DNA from: Trueperaceae bacterium
Lineage (GTDB): Bacteria > Deinococcota > Deinococci > Deinococcales > Trueperaceae
Direction of reading: 5' to 3'
Assembly (NCBI GenBank): GCA_007128755.1
Contig: SKWV01000455.1
Location: 1-34,626, forward strand
DNA: 34,626 bases
Positions 17,688-25,732 of this stretch are shown piece after piece (the first letter of the stretch is position 1; the number at the start of each line of letters is the position of its first letter). Made by a program: the position numbers and the translations under genes. The notes beneath the pieces are model-generated. The model was not told the origin of the DNA, searched no databases, and was given only the letters and a program-made list of their open reading frames with translations.

Positions 17688-18743
17688 ATGCCGTACGGCC
17701 GTACGACCTCCGGACCCCACGCCGCGACGGAGCTCGTCGCGCTCTACGCACGGCAGCTCCGCGGCTGCGCGCTCCACGCCGATGAGACCTGCCTCATCGT
17801 CACCGACACCGCCTACGACCCCGTCGCCTCCGCCGCCTGCCTCGGCGCGGCGCTGCAGGTCGGCGCGCGCGCCTTCGTCCTCACCCTCCCCTACGACCGG
17901 CCCCTCCCCGGCGCGTCCCTGGCCGCGGCGATGGCCGACGCCGACCTGATCGTCGGCGTCACCACGCACCTCCTGCACTACGACCCACACGTGCGTGCCG
18001 CCTTGGACGGAGGAGCGCGCGCGCTCCTGGCGGTGCAGCCGACGCACGTCCTGCGTAGGCTCCCGTTCGACCCGGCGGTGATGGCGCGCACGAAGCTCGG
18101 AGCCGAGCGCCTCGCGCGGGCCCGCTCGGTGCGCATCACCTCGCCGGCCGGGACCGATCTCGTCATGGACGTCGCGGAGCGGCCCGCCCTCGCCCACTAC
18201 GGCGTCGCGGACGTCCCGGGCCACTTCGACTTCTGGGGCGGCGCCATGGTCGAGATCGCGCAGCACGAGGGGACGCTCGAGGGGACGCTGGTGCTCACGC
18301 GTGGCGACCAGGTCTTCCACCTCGGGCGCTACGTCGACGACGACGTGCGTATCACCTTCGAGGGAGGGCGCGCCGTGGCGATCGAGGGTGGGCTCGACGC
18401 CCTCCTCCTACGTCGCCACCTCGCCTCGTACGGCGACCCCAACGCCTTCCTGGGGGGCCACATCGCCTGGGGGACGGACCACCGGGCGCTCTGGACGGCG
18501 CCGCTCGTCCAGTTCCCGGAGGCGGGCGCCGGCAACGCCGACAGTGAGGGTGTGCTCGGCAGCGTGCAGGTCCAGCTCGGGTCGAACGACGACCAGTACT
18601 TCCGGGGACGGATCAGCAGCCGGGCGCACATCGGGCTCTGCACCCTCGGCAGCAGCCTCGCGCTCGACGGCGAGGTCGTGATCGACGCGGGCACGTTCGT
18701 GAGCTCGCTCGCCGCGTGCCAACCGGACGACGCCCCCGCCTGA
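17688..18743 (+). CDS. M29 aminopeptidase-like / NicX-like protein (function uncertain)
   Basis: 351 aa with GAGGAGG SD. The length and general pattern recall the aminopeptidase T/S (M29) fold and its approximately 350-aa NicX-type relatives. This assignment is from memory only. Confidence 0.55.
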   Translation: MPYGRTTSGPHAATELVALYARQLRGCALHADETCLIVTDTAYDPVASAACLGAALQVGARAFVLTLPYDRPLPGASLAAAMADADLIVGVTTHLLHYDPHVRAALDGGARALLAVQPTHVLRRLPFDPAVMARTKLGAERLARARSVRITSPAGTDLVMDVAERPALAHYGVADVPGHFDFWGGAMVEIAQHEGTLEGTLVLTRGDQVFHLGRYVDDDVRITFEGGRAVAIEGGLDALLLRRHLASYGDPNAFLGGHIAWGTDHRALWTAPLVQFPEAGAGNADSEGVLGSVQVQLGSNDDQYFRGRISSRAHIGLCTLGSSLALDGEVVIDAGTFVSSLAACQPDDAPA

Positions 18744-18812
18744 CGTGCAGCGGGGGCGTGCCTCGGGAGCGTCGTGGGCGCACGGCGTGACGCCGGTCGA
18801 CCACGCCGCCCG

Positions 18813-20498
18813 TCAGGCGGTCAGTTCGACGTCCTGCGCGTCGCGCCCGGCGCGTTCGGACAGGGCGCTCACCGTCACGCGGGCGCCCGCGGGGCCGCGC
18901 ACGAGCCACTCGACGATCTTCGTCGTCGGCGACCAGGTGGGCCCCCAGGGAGACCAGGGGAAGGGCCGCTCGTTGCGGCCCGCGAGGTGGCCGACGTCGA
19001 CCTCGCGCGGGTTCATCACCAGTTCGGCGTCGCCCGGCTCGAGCGCGACCCGCACCGTCTTGGCCACGCCGCGACCGATCGCCACGTCGGTCAGGTTGGT
19101 CGGCAGGTAGCCGTGGTTGGCCACGACGGCGCGCACGCGGTGCAGGTCGCTCCCGAGCGCCTCGGTCTCGACGCGCTCCACGCGCACGCGGGGCGCGGCC
19201 GCGGCGTGCTCGAGGTTGAAGAGCACGTTGTCGTGGCAGATCTTCTCGAGCAGCGCGGGCGGCGGGTTGCGGTAGGTCCAGATGTAGACCATGCCGCCGA
19301 TCTCGACGCTTCCGAGCTGTGGGTGGTCGAAGGCCTTCCAGGGGCGCACCCCGTGCTCCCCGAGGTGCTCCTGTACCCACTCGAACACCTTGAGCTGAGC
19401 CTCCTCGGTGCGCGGGTGGAGGTTGTAGTAGGCGGTCTTCTCGACCCCCGCCTCGGTCTCGACGTCCCAGACCTCGGTGGCGAAGGAGGGGATGCCCATC
19501 TTCTCGTAGGTCCAGTCCATCAGCCCGCCGCGCCGCGGCTTCGACTTGTCGGGGGTGAACTCCTCGTAGATCGAGATGGTCGGGTAGCCCGTGAGGGCGG
19601 TGCCGACCTTGCCGAGCGCCGTGTAGAGGCCGAGGTCCTTGGCCGACATGGCGCTGTCGGGGAGCGTCATCGACGGGCGCAGGATGATGCCGCCGTGCGT
19701 GTGGTACGCGTTCATGCCCGCGATGTTCGGGTGGTCGAGGATGAACCGCGCGATCGCGGCCGCCTCGGGCTCCGAGAGCGGCGCCTCGCCGGCTCCGTAC
19801 TCGTCGGCGTCCCAGTTGGCGGGGAAGTTGCGGTTGAGGTTCCCGTCGAAGGGCTTGTCGATGCGCACGTGCGCGCCGTCGAAGTCCTCGATGAAGCCCT
19901 CGGGGTAGAGGCGGTAGTACTCGCCGCCGTACTCGCCGGGCTCGCGCTGCACCATGATCCGCTCGTCGAGCGTACTCTTCTTCCACTCGCCGAGCGGGTC
20001 GCGCACGCGCATCGAGACGATGTAGCCGTCACCGTCGACGTCCTCGGTCTTGAGGCCGCCGAGGCGGTCCTGGCCGGGGGCGAAGCGGCCGTTGCCGCAC
20101 CAGAGGTAGTAGGGCGGCTTGAGCGAGGCCTCGGCGCCATCGGGGTTGATGCGCGGCACGATGTAGAACACCTGCTCGTCGACGAGGCGCGTGACGCTCT
20201 CGTCGCGGCCGTAGCCGCTCAGCAGGTGGTGGATGGCGTAGAGGGCCACGGCCGAGGTCGCGTGCTCCTCGGCGTGGATCTGCGCGTCGAGGTAGTAGCC
20301 GGGCTTGTGCTCACCCGGTCCGGTCGCGCGGTTGGTGATCTCCATGACCCAGACGTCGCGGTCGCCGAAGCTCTTCCCCAGGGAGCGCAGGGTGGCGAGC
20401 TCCGGATGGTCGGCTGCCAGGGCGTGGAGGCGCTCGGTCAGCTCGTCGTAGTCGTAGTAGCGATCGAAGCGGACGTCGGTGGGAGCGGCGACGCTCAC
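18813..20498 (-). CDS. M14 family zinc carboxypeptidase with extra C-terminal domain
   Basis: GTG 20498 overlaps the upstream stop as GTGA. The track start at 20951 lies inside the Ldh_2 gene. Motifs FDRYYDYDELT, HAEEHATS (HxxE), NRNFP and AYHTHGG. 561 aa. Confidence 0.8.
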   Translation of the reverse strand: MSVAAPTDVRFDRYYDYDELTERLHALAADHPELATLRSLGKSFGDRDVWVMEITNRATGPGEHKPGYYLDAQIHAEEHATSAVALYAIHHLLSGYGRDESVTRLVDEQVFYIVPRINPDGAEASLKPPYYLWCGNGRFAPGQDRLGGLKTEDVDGDGYIVSMRVRDPLGEWKKSTLDERIMVQREPGEYGGEYYRLYPEGFIEDFDGAHVRIDKPFDGNLNRNFPANWDADEYGAGEAPLSEPEAAAIARFILDHPNIAGMNAYHTHGGIILRPSMTLPDSAMSAKDLGLYTALGKVGTALTGYPTISIYEEFTPDKSKPRRGGLMDWTYEKMGIPSFATEVWDVETEAGVEKTAYYNLHPRTEEAQLKVFEWVQEHLGEHGVRPWKAFDHPQLGSVEIGGMVYIWTYRNPPPALLEKICHDNVLFNLEHAAAAPRVRVERVETEALGSDLHRVRAVVANHGYLPTNLTDVAIGRGVAKTVRVALEPGDAELVMNPREVDVGHLAGRNERPFPWSPWGPTWSPTTKIVEWLVRGPAGARVTVSALSERAGRDAQDVELTA

Positions 20499-21553
20499 GC
20501 GCGCCCCCCCGCACGCAGCGCGGACGCGTCGACGCCGAGGTCGGCGCCGAGGCGCACGAGGTCGTCGACCTCGCGCTGCGGCAGCGGCACGCCGTCGGTC
20601 CGCTTCGCACGTTCGCGTCGATGCTCGAGCTCGCCGGGGACGAGCACCTCGTCGAAGCCGGGCCGCAGCTCGCTCGCCTTGACCATGGCGATGAACGCCT
20701 GCATCCGCTCGTGGAAGGTATCGATCGGCATGAACCAGCCGACGTCGTACGCCACGAACGTGTGCGACACGTCGAGCTTCGCGGGGTCGCTGTAGGGCGT
20801 GGTCCCGAAGCCGCCCCCGGAGAGGACGCCCGTGAGCACGTCCGTGAAGAACGAGAGCCCGACGCCCTTGTACTGCCCGATGCCGAGCAGCGCGCCCGCC
20901 ATGGCCGCGGTCGGGTCGTCGGTCTCGTGACCGTCGGGCGTGAGCGCCCAATCGCGCGGCATGCTCTGCCCGCGGTCGGCGAGGAAGCGCATCATGCCCT
21001 TGCCGGCGGTCGTGAGGGCGATGTCGAGCACCACCGGGAAGTCACCGCCGGTGGGCGCGGCGATCCCCCAGGGGTTGGTGCCGACGACCGGCGTGCGGCC
21101 GCCCCAGGCGGCCATCTCGGGGCCCGCGTTCGTGAACGCGAGGCCGATGTGGCCGTGCGCGAGCGCGGCGCGCGCATGCACCGACGAGGAGCCGTAGTGG
21201 GTGCTGCCGCGCACGACGACGGTCCCGACGCCGCAGGCGGCGGCCTTCTCGCTCGCGAGGTCCATCGCGCGGCGGCCGATCACCGAGCCGAGGCCGTTGT
21301 GGGCGTCGACGAGCGCCAGCGCCGGGCTCTCCTTGACGATCTCGAACGGCGCGGCGAGGTTCACGCGGCCCTGCGCGATCCTGTCGCGGTAAGCCACGAG
21401 CCGGCGGATGCCCTGCCCCTGTCCGGGGTGGTAGCGCAGCTCGCTCTGCATGAGCGCGTCCGCGCAGATGCGCGCGTCACCGCTCGTGAGGCCCATCGCC
21501 TCGAAGCAGGCGACGCCGAAGCGCTCGAGCGCCTCCGCGTCGACCCGCGGCAT
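20495..21553 (-). CDS. Ldh_2 family (malate/L-lactate dehydrogenase 2 family) oxidoreductase: ureidoglycolate dehydrogenase / cyclic imine (pyrroline- or piperideine-2-carboxylate) reductase type
   Basis: The N-terminus MPRVDAEALERFGVACFEAMGL aligns by eye with E. coli AllD MKISRETLHQLIENKLCQAGL. Also TNPWGIAAP and GQYKGVGLSFF. ATG 21553 has a GAGG SD. An alternative start GTG 21598 would give a GTGA overlap with the upstream stop. Confidence 0.8.
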   Translation of the reverse strand: MPRVDAEALERFGVACFEAMGLTSGDARICADALMQSELRYHPGQGQGIRRLVAYRDRIAQGRVNLAAPFEIVKESPALALVDAHNGLGSVIGRRAMDLASEKAAACGVGTVVVRGSTHYGSSSVHARAALAHGHIGLAFTNAGPEMAAWGGRTPVVGTNPWGIAAPTGGDFPVVLDIALTTAGKGMMRFLADRGQSMPRDWALTPDGHETDDPTAAMAGALLGIGQYKGVGLSFFTDVLTGVLSGGGFGTTPYSDPAKLDVSHTFVAYDVGWFMPIDTFHERMQAFIAMVKASELRPGFDEVLVPGELEHRRERAKRTDGVPLPQREVDDLVRLGADLGVDASALRAGGRA

Positions 21554-21594
21554 GTCCGCCTCGGCGCCCATGCCCTGCGTGGGGAGGGCCGTCG

Positions 21595-22470
21595 TCACGC
21601 GACCACGTCGAACAGCGTCGACAGGTTGGTGCCGGGCGTGTGCACGGGCGCGAGGCCGCCGTCGTGCGAGGTCATGAGCAGGGTGAGTCCGGGCCCGTAG
21701 CCGGGGCGGGGGCTGTCGCCCTGGCCGACGACGCCGATGCCGACCGCGCCGCGGAAGTAGCCGTGGGAGTAGCGGCTGTCGAAGTCCTGCAGCGCCACGA
21801 GATCGCCGAGCCTGAGGTCGGTGAGGCCGGCTTCGGCCAGGGCGTCCTTGTCTACCGTCTGCACGTGCAGCGAGCCGCCGTCGCTCACCAGGCCCGCGCC
21901 GGCGCCGAGCAGGTGCGACGGGACCGTCGCGACGACCTTCACCTTGAGCTTGCCGCCTTCGTCGACGCCGTCGACGATCCGCTCGAGCAGCTCGGGCGCG
22001 CAGCCCTTGAGCTTGACGCTCGGGTGCTCGGGGATCTCGAGGCCGACGCCGGCGGCGCGGATGAGCACCTTGTCGCCGATCGCCATGTTCTCGCGGTCCG
22101 CCTTCGAGAAGTGCACGATCACGTGCTCCGAGAAGCGACCCGACTTGCCCGTCACCATGCCGCGGGCACCCTTGGCGGCGCCGGACATGACCTTCGCCTC
22201 GTTGCCGACGCACGCGAGGACGTTGAGGCCCTGGTTGGCGCCGGCGTCCTTGAGGTGGATGCTGACGCTCGGGTGGATGGTGTCGGCCAGCCAGCCGTAG
22301 GCGGAGTCGCCGATGGAGACGTTGTAGACGATGCTGCCGTGCGTCGGGTAGAGGAACGCCTTGCCGTCGGCGTCGAGGCGGTAGGGCTCGGCGGGGAGGC
22401 CGGGGAGGGTGGGGCTGGCGATGAGCCCCATGACGGAGACGTGGACGAGCTTGTCCTTGTTGGTGCGCAT
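21595..22470 (-). CDS. Uncharacterised protein, paralogue B of a tandem pair (possibly DUF4438-like)
   Basis: ATG 22470 shares 1 nt with the upstream stop (TGATG). 291 aa, MRTNKDKLVHV... It has clear blockwise similarity to 22470..23333. No catalytic motif that I recognise. Confidence 0.7.
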   Translation of the reverse strand: MRTNKDKLVHVSVMGLIASPTLPGLPAEPYRLDADGKAFLYPTHGSIVYNVSIGDSAYGWLADTIHPSVSIHLKDAGANQGLNVLACVGNEAKVMSGAAKGARGMVTGKSGRFSEHVIVHFSKADRENMAIGDKVLIRAAGVGLEIPEHPSVKLKGCAPELLERIVDGVDEGGKLKVKVVATVPSHLLGAGAGLVSDGGSLHVQTVDKDALAEAGLTDLRLGDLVALQDFDSRYSHGYFRGAVGIGVVGQGDSPRPGYGPGLTLLMTSHDGGLAPVHTPGTNLSTLFDVVA

Positions 22471-23333
22471 CAGAGGGTCTCCCGGATCTTCAGGTACCGA
22501 GCGATGTTGGCCTGCGGGTCGATGACCCACTCGATCTCGGCGTCGGTGGCGGCCATCAGGGTGAGGATGCCGGGGCCGTGCCCGGTCATGACCGAGTCCC
22601 CGTGGATGCACAGGGCGATGGCGACGTAGCCCTTGCGGTAGGAGCGGCCGAAGTGGTGGTCGGCGTGGTGGATGGCCACCACGTCGCCGAGGCGCAACGC
22701 GTCGATGCCGAGCTCCTGCATCAGACGGCGGTCACCGGAGGTGATGTCCTGGTCGACGTACTCGGCGTTCAGCTCGGCGCCCGAGGCCATCACGCGCACG
22801 GGCAGCTCCATCGCGACCGGCACGCGGAGCTTGCCCTCGGCGGTCGTCTCGAGGCCCATGGCGTGCAGCAGCCGGGGGCTCATCTTCTTGAGTTCGACGC
22901 CCGGGTGGTCGAGCAGTGCCAGGCCCCGCCCGAAGGCGCGGATCTGGATGGTGTCCTCGACGCAGAGCTGCTCGTGGACCTCGGGATCGAAGTCGACGAG
23001 GATGCGCGCGTGCTCGCCGATCACGACGCCCTCGGCGCCGGCCGCCTCGCCGCTCGTCACCACGGCGCGGTTGCCCATGCACGTGAGGTAGTGGAGCGCG
23101 TGGTGGATGCCGCCGTCGTCGTGGTCGATCGACGCGCCGGGCTCGACGTGGTCGCCCTGCCAGCCGAAGGCGGGGTCGCCGACGCGGACGTTGTAGACGT
23201 AGCCGAACATGCCGGGACGGACGACGGAGAGCCCGTCGTTGTCGGGGATGAACGGCCCGCGCCGGAACGCGGGTGCGCTGATGGAGCCGGCGATGGCGAG
23301 CTCGACGAGTCGATCTTCGTTGGTCCTGATCAC
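22470..23333 (-). CDS. Uncharacterised protein, paralogue A of a tandem pair (possibly DUF4438-like)
   Basis: GTG 23333 with GAGAGG SD. 287 aa, MIRTNEDRLVEL... Shared blocks with paralogue B are YVYNVRVGDPAFGW / IVYNVSIGDSAYGW, LTCMGNRAVVTSGEAAGAEG / LACVGNEAKVMSGAAKGARG, LRLGDVVAI / LRLGDLVAL and GHGPGILTLMA / GYGPGLTLLMT. Confidence 0.7.
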   Translation of the reverse strand: MIRTNEDRLVELAIAGSISAPAFRRGPFIPDNDGLSVVRPGMFGYVYNVRVGDPAFGWQGDHVEPGASIDHDDGGIHHALHYLTCMGNRAVVTSGEAAGAEGVVIGEHARILVDFDPEVHEQLCVEDTIQIRAFGRGLALLDHPGVELKKMSPRLLHAMGLETTAEGKLRVPVAMELPVRVMASGAELNAEYVDQDITSGDRRLMQELGIDALRLGDVVAIHHADHHFGRSYRKGYVAIALCIHGDSVMTGHGPGILTLMAATDAEIEWVIDPQANIARYLKIRETL

Positions 23334-23367
23334 GTCTGCACCTCTCGGATGTCGATGGTCGTCGTCT

Positions 23368-24543
23368 TCACGCGCGCGCCGCGGCTTCCGCGGCGTAGCG
23401 CTTCACGACCGGGGTCATGCGCTCGACGGCCTCGCGCAGCACGTCGGTGGGCTGCAGGGTCGTGATGCGGAGGTAGTCGCTCCAGCGTTCGCCGAACCCG
23501 GTGCCGGGGAACACGAGCACCCGCGCCTCCTTGAGCAGGAGGTAAGAGAGCTCGAGCGAACGGAGGCCGGTCGAGGAGCTCTTCGCCCAGAAGAAGAAAC
23601 CGCCGCGCGGGTCCGTGTACTCCAGGCCCATGTCGGTGAGGCCCTTGGCGAGCAGGTCTCGGCGCTCTCCGTAGATCACCTTGAAGTCCTCGATGCAGGC
23701 GTCGTCGGCCTCGGCGGCCGCCAGCGCGGCGGCCTGGCTGACGTTGGCGACCGGGCCGGTGGTGGCCCCCTTGATGGCCGTCATGCCGAGGATCGCGTTC
23801 TGCTCCGCGATGACGTACCCGACGCGCCATCCCGTCATCGCCCACGCCTTGGAGAAGCCCGAGAGCGTGATGGTGTGGCGCTCCATGCCCGGGAGCGACC
23901 CGATCGAGACGTGCTCGTGTGGGGGCCAGACGAACTTGCCGTAGATCTCGTCGGAGATCACCACGAAGTCGTGCTTCTTGGCGAGCGCGGCGATCTTCTC
24001 CGCCTGCTCGCGCGAGATGATCCCGCCCGTCGGGTTCGAGGGGGTCACGAGGAGCAGCGCCTTGGTCTTGGGCGTGATGAGCGACTCGATCGCCTCGGCG
24101 CGCAGATCGAACGCGTCCTCGGGGTGCGTCGGCACGGTGACGCTGACGCCCCCGGCGTGCTCGATCGCCTGATCGTAGCTGGTGTAGCGCGGGTCGGGGA
24201 CGAGGATCTCGTCACCCGGGTCGAGGAGCGCGGACATCACCAGGAAGAGCCCCTCCTGGCCGCCGGTCGTCACGAGCACCTGCTCCGCGCCGACGTCGAG
24301 GCCGTGATCCGTGCGGGCGCGCTTCGCGATGGCGGCGCGCAGCGCCGGCATCCCCGCCACGGGCTGCAGGGGCTGCACGCCCTGCGCGAGCGCCTGCTTG
24401 GCCGCGACCACCACGTGATCGGGCGTGGCGAGGTCGGGATCCCCCCGACCGAGCGCGATGGCGTCGGGGATCGTCTTGGCGAGGTCCATCAGCGCGTAGC
24501 GCAACTTGGCGCCGTCGAGGTTGCGAAGTTCGTCGAGGGTCAC
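23368..24543 (-). CDS. Class I/II PLP aminotransferase
   Basis: GTG 24543 (GGAGGAG SD) overlaps the upstream stop as GTGA. 391 aa with TPSNPTGG, SDEIYGKF and SGFSKAWAMTGWRVGY (PLP lysine present). Confidence 0.85.
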   Translation of the reverse strand: MTLDELRNLDGAKLRYALMDLAKTIPDAIALGRGDPDLATPDHVVVAAKQALAQGVQPLQPVAGMPALRAAIAKRARTDHGLDVGAEQVLVTTGGQEGLFLVMSALLDPGDEILVPDPRYTSYDQAIEHAGGVSVTVPTHPEDAFDLRAEAIESLITPKTKALLLVTPSNPTGGIISREQAEKIAALAKKHDFVVISDEIYGKFVWPPHEHVSIGSLPGMERHTITLSGFSKAWAMTGWRVGYVIAEQNAILGMTAIKGATTGPVANVSQAAALAAAEADDACIEDFKVIYGERRDLLAKGLTDMGLEYTDPRGGFFFWAKSSSTGLRSLELSYLLLKEARVLVFPGTGFGERWSDYLRITTLQPTDVLREAVERMTPVVKRYAAEAAARA

Positions 24544-25262
24544 GCGTGCTCCTCCATGAGCGCCAGCGCGCCCCATTGCGAGAGGTTGGTGGTGCAGAGC
24601 GTGAGCGACTGCTTGAAGTCGCGCAACGGTCCGGCGGTGGCGGCGGGCGCCGCGAGGTAGCCGACGCGCCACGCCTCGAGGCCCTGGCCTGCGCCGATGC
24701 CGCCGACCGTCACGGTCGCGTCGGCGAGGCCGGCGGAGGCGGGGTGGAAGCCGCTCTCCTCGGCGGCCTCGAAGACGACGGCCCAACCCTCGTCGGCCGC
24801 GCGCGCCAGCCAGGGATCGCGCGTCTCGGCGGGCGTGTCGGAGGTGAGGTAGACGAGCGCGGGGCCGTGGGCGTCGGCATCGGGCCCGACGAGGCGCACG
24901 TCGCGCACGATGCAGGCCGCGGCGACGCGCTCCGGGTGCGAGAGCGCGACGACGGTGCCCGAGCCCGCAGGGACGAGCTGCTGGATCGCGACGAAGCGGG
25001 CCTCGACGACGCCGCAGGTGATCACGACGCCCTTGCCGGCGTCGACCTCGACACCGTGACGGGTCCGCAGGGCGTCGGCCACCGCTTGCCGCAGTGGGAG
25101 GATCCCGGGGCGGTCGGTGTAGTGCGTCTCACCGCGGTCGAGTGCCGCGATCGACGCATCGCGCGCCGAGGCCGGCACGGTGGCCTCGGCTCCGGCGGCA
25201 CCGTCGCCGGCCAAGCCCTGCAGGAGCGCGACGCGTGCGGCGAGCGGTACGGCGAGCGCCAT
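24540..25262 (-). CDS. Truncated, lysine-less aminotransferase homologue (probable pseudoenzyme or accessory subunit)
   Basis: ATG 25262 (AGGGGA SD) shares 1 nt with the upstream stop (TGATG). 240 aa. It aligns with the N-terminal two thirds of class-I aminotransferases (HYTDRPGILPLRQAVADAL...VVITCG). The NPTG box is degenerate (SDTPAET). The S-x-S-K box reads GGIGAGQGLEAWRVGYL with no Lys. The C-terminal small domain is missing. Confidence 0.7.
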   Translation of the reverse strand: MALAVPLAARVALLQGLAGDGAAGAEATVPASARDASIAALDRGETHYTDRPGILPLRQAVADALRTRHGVEVDAGKGVVITCGVVEARFVAIQQLVPAGSGTVVALSHPERVAAACIVRDVRLVGPDADAHGPALVYLTSDTPAETRDPWLARAADEGWAVVFEAAEESGFHPASAGLADATVTVGGIGAGQGLEAWRVGYLAAPAATAGPLRDFKQSLTLCTTNLSQWGALALMEEHA

Positions 25263-25732
25263 CAGATCCCCTGCACGGCGTACTGGGCGAGCTGTTCGGG
25301 CGTGTAGACCTGCATGAACTCGATCTCGATGCCGCCGACGTCGTCCTCGAGGAACGCGACCCAACCCTCGGGGTGCACGTGGCTCCCGGTGATCTTGCAG
25401 GCCGAGCACTCCTTCAGCTTGGCCCCGCGCGCCTGCGCGGTCTCGAGGGCCGCATCGATGTCGTCGACGGCGTAGCAGATGTGGTGGAGCCCTTCGCCGC
25501 CGCGGTCGGCGATCCAGGCGGCGAACCGACCGTCGGGATCCATCGACTGGGAGATCTGGTACTCGATGCCGCCCAAGTCGAAGATCGCGACGCGGTTGCG
25601 CGACTTCGCGAACTCCGTGACGGTGACCTCCTCCGGGACTCCGAGCAGGCGCTTGTAGTTCGCCAGCGTGGTGTCGACGTCGTGGACGGCGAACGACATG
25701 TGCTTGACCTGCGTGACGTGGATGTCCTTCAT
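25262..25732 (-). CDS. VOC (glyoxalase / bleomycin-resistance / methylmalonyl-CoA-epimerase-like) family protein
   Basis: ATG 25732 with AAAGGAA SD, 156 aa. The pattern VKHMSFAVHDVD...GLHHICYAVDDIDAALE...GIEIEF is a typical paired beta-alpha-beta-beta-beta VOC pattern. The track start at 25978 is over-extended. Confidence 0.75.
   Translation of the reverse strand: MKDIHVTQVKHMSFAVHDVDTTLANYKRLLGVPEEVTVTEFAKSRNRVAIFDLGGIEYQISQSMDPDGRFAAWIADRGGEGLHHICYAVDDIDAALETAQARGAKLKECSACKITGSHVHPEGWVAFLEDDVGGIEIEFMQVYTPEQLAQYAVQGI

Noticed and set aside
18784-18820. Possible bidirectional terminator between the convergent genes ending at 18743 and 18813 (GGCGTG...CACGCC and CCGCC-CGTCA-GGCGG)
   Set aside because: The stems are short (5-6 bp), one overlaps the M14 stop codon, and there is no flanking T/A tract on either strand. 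This is too weak to call.
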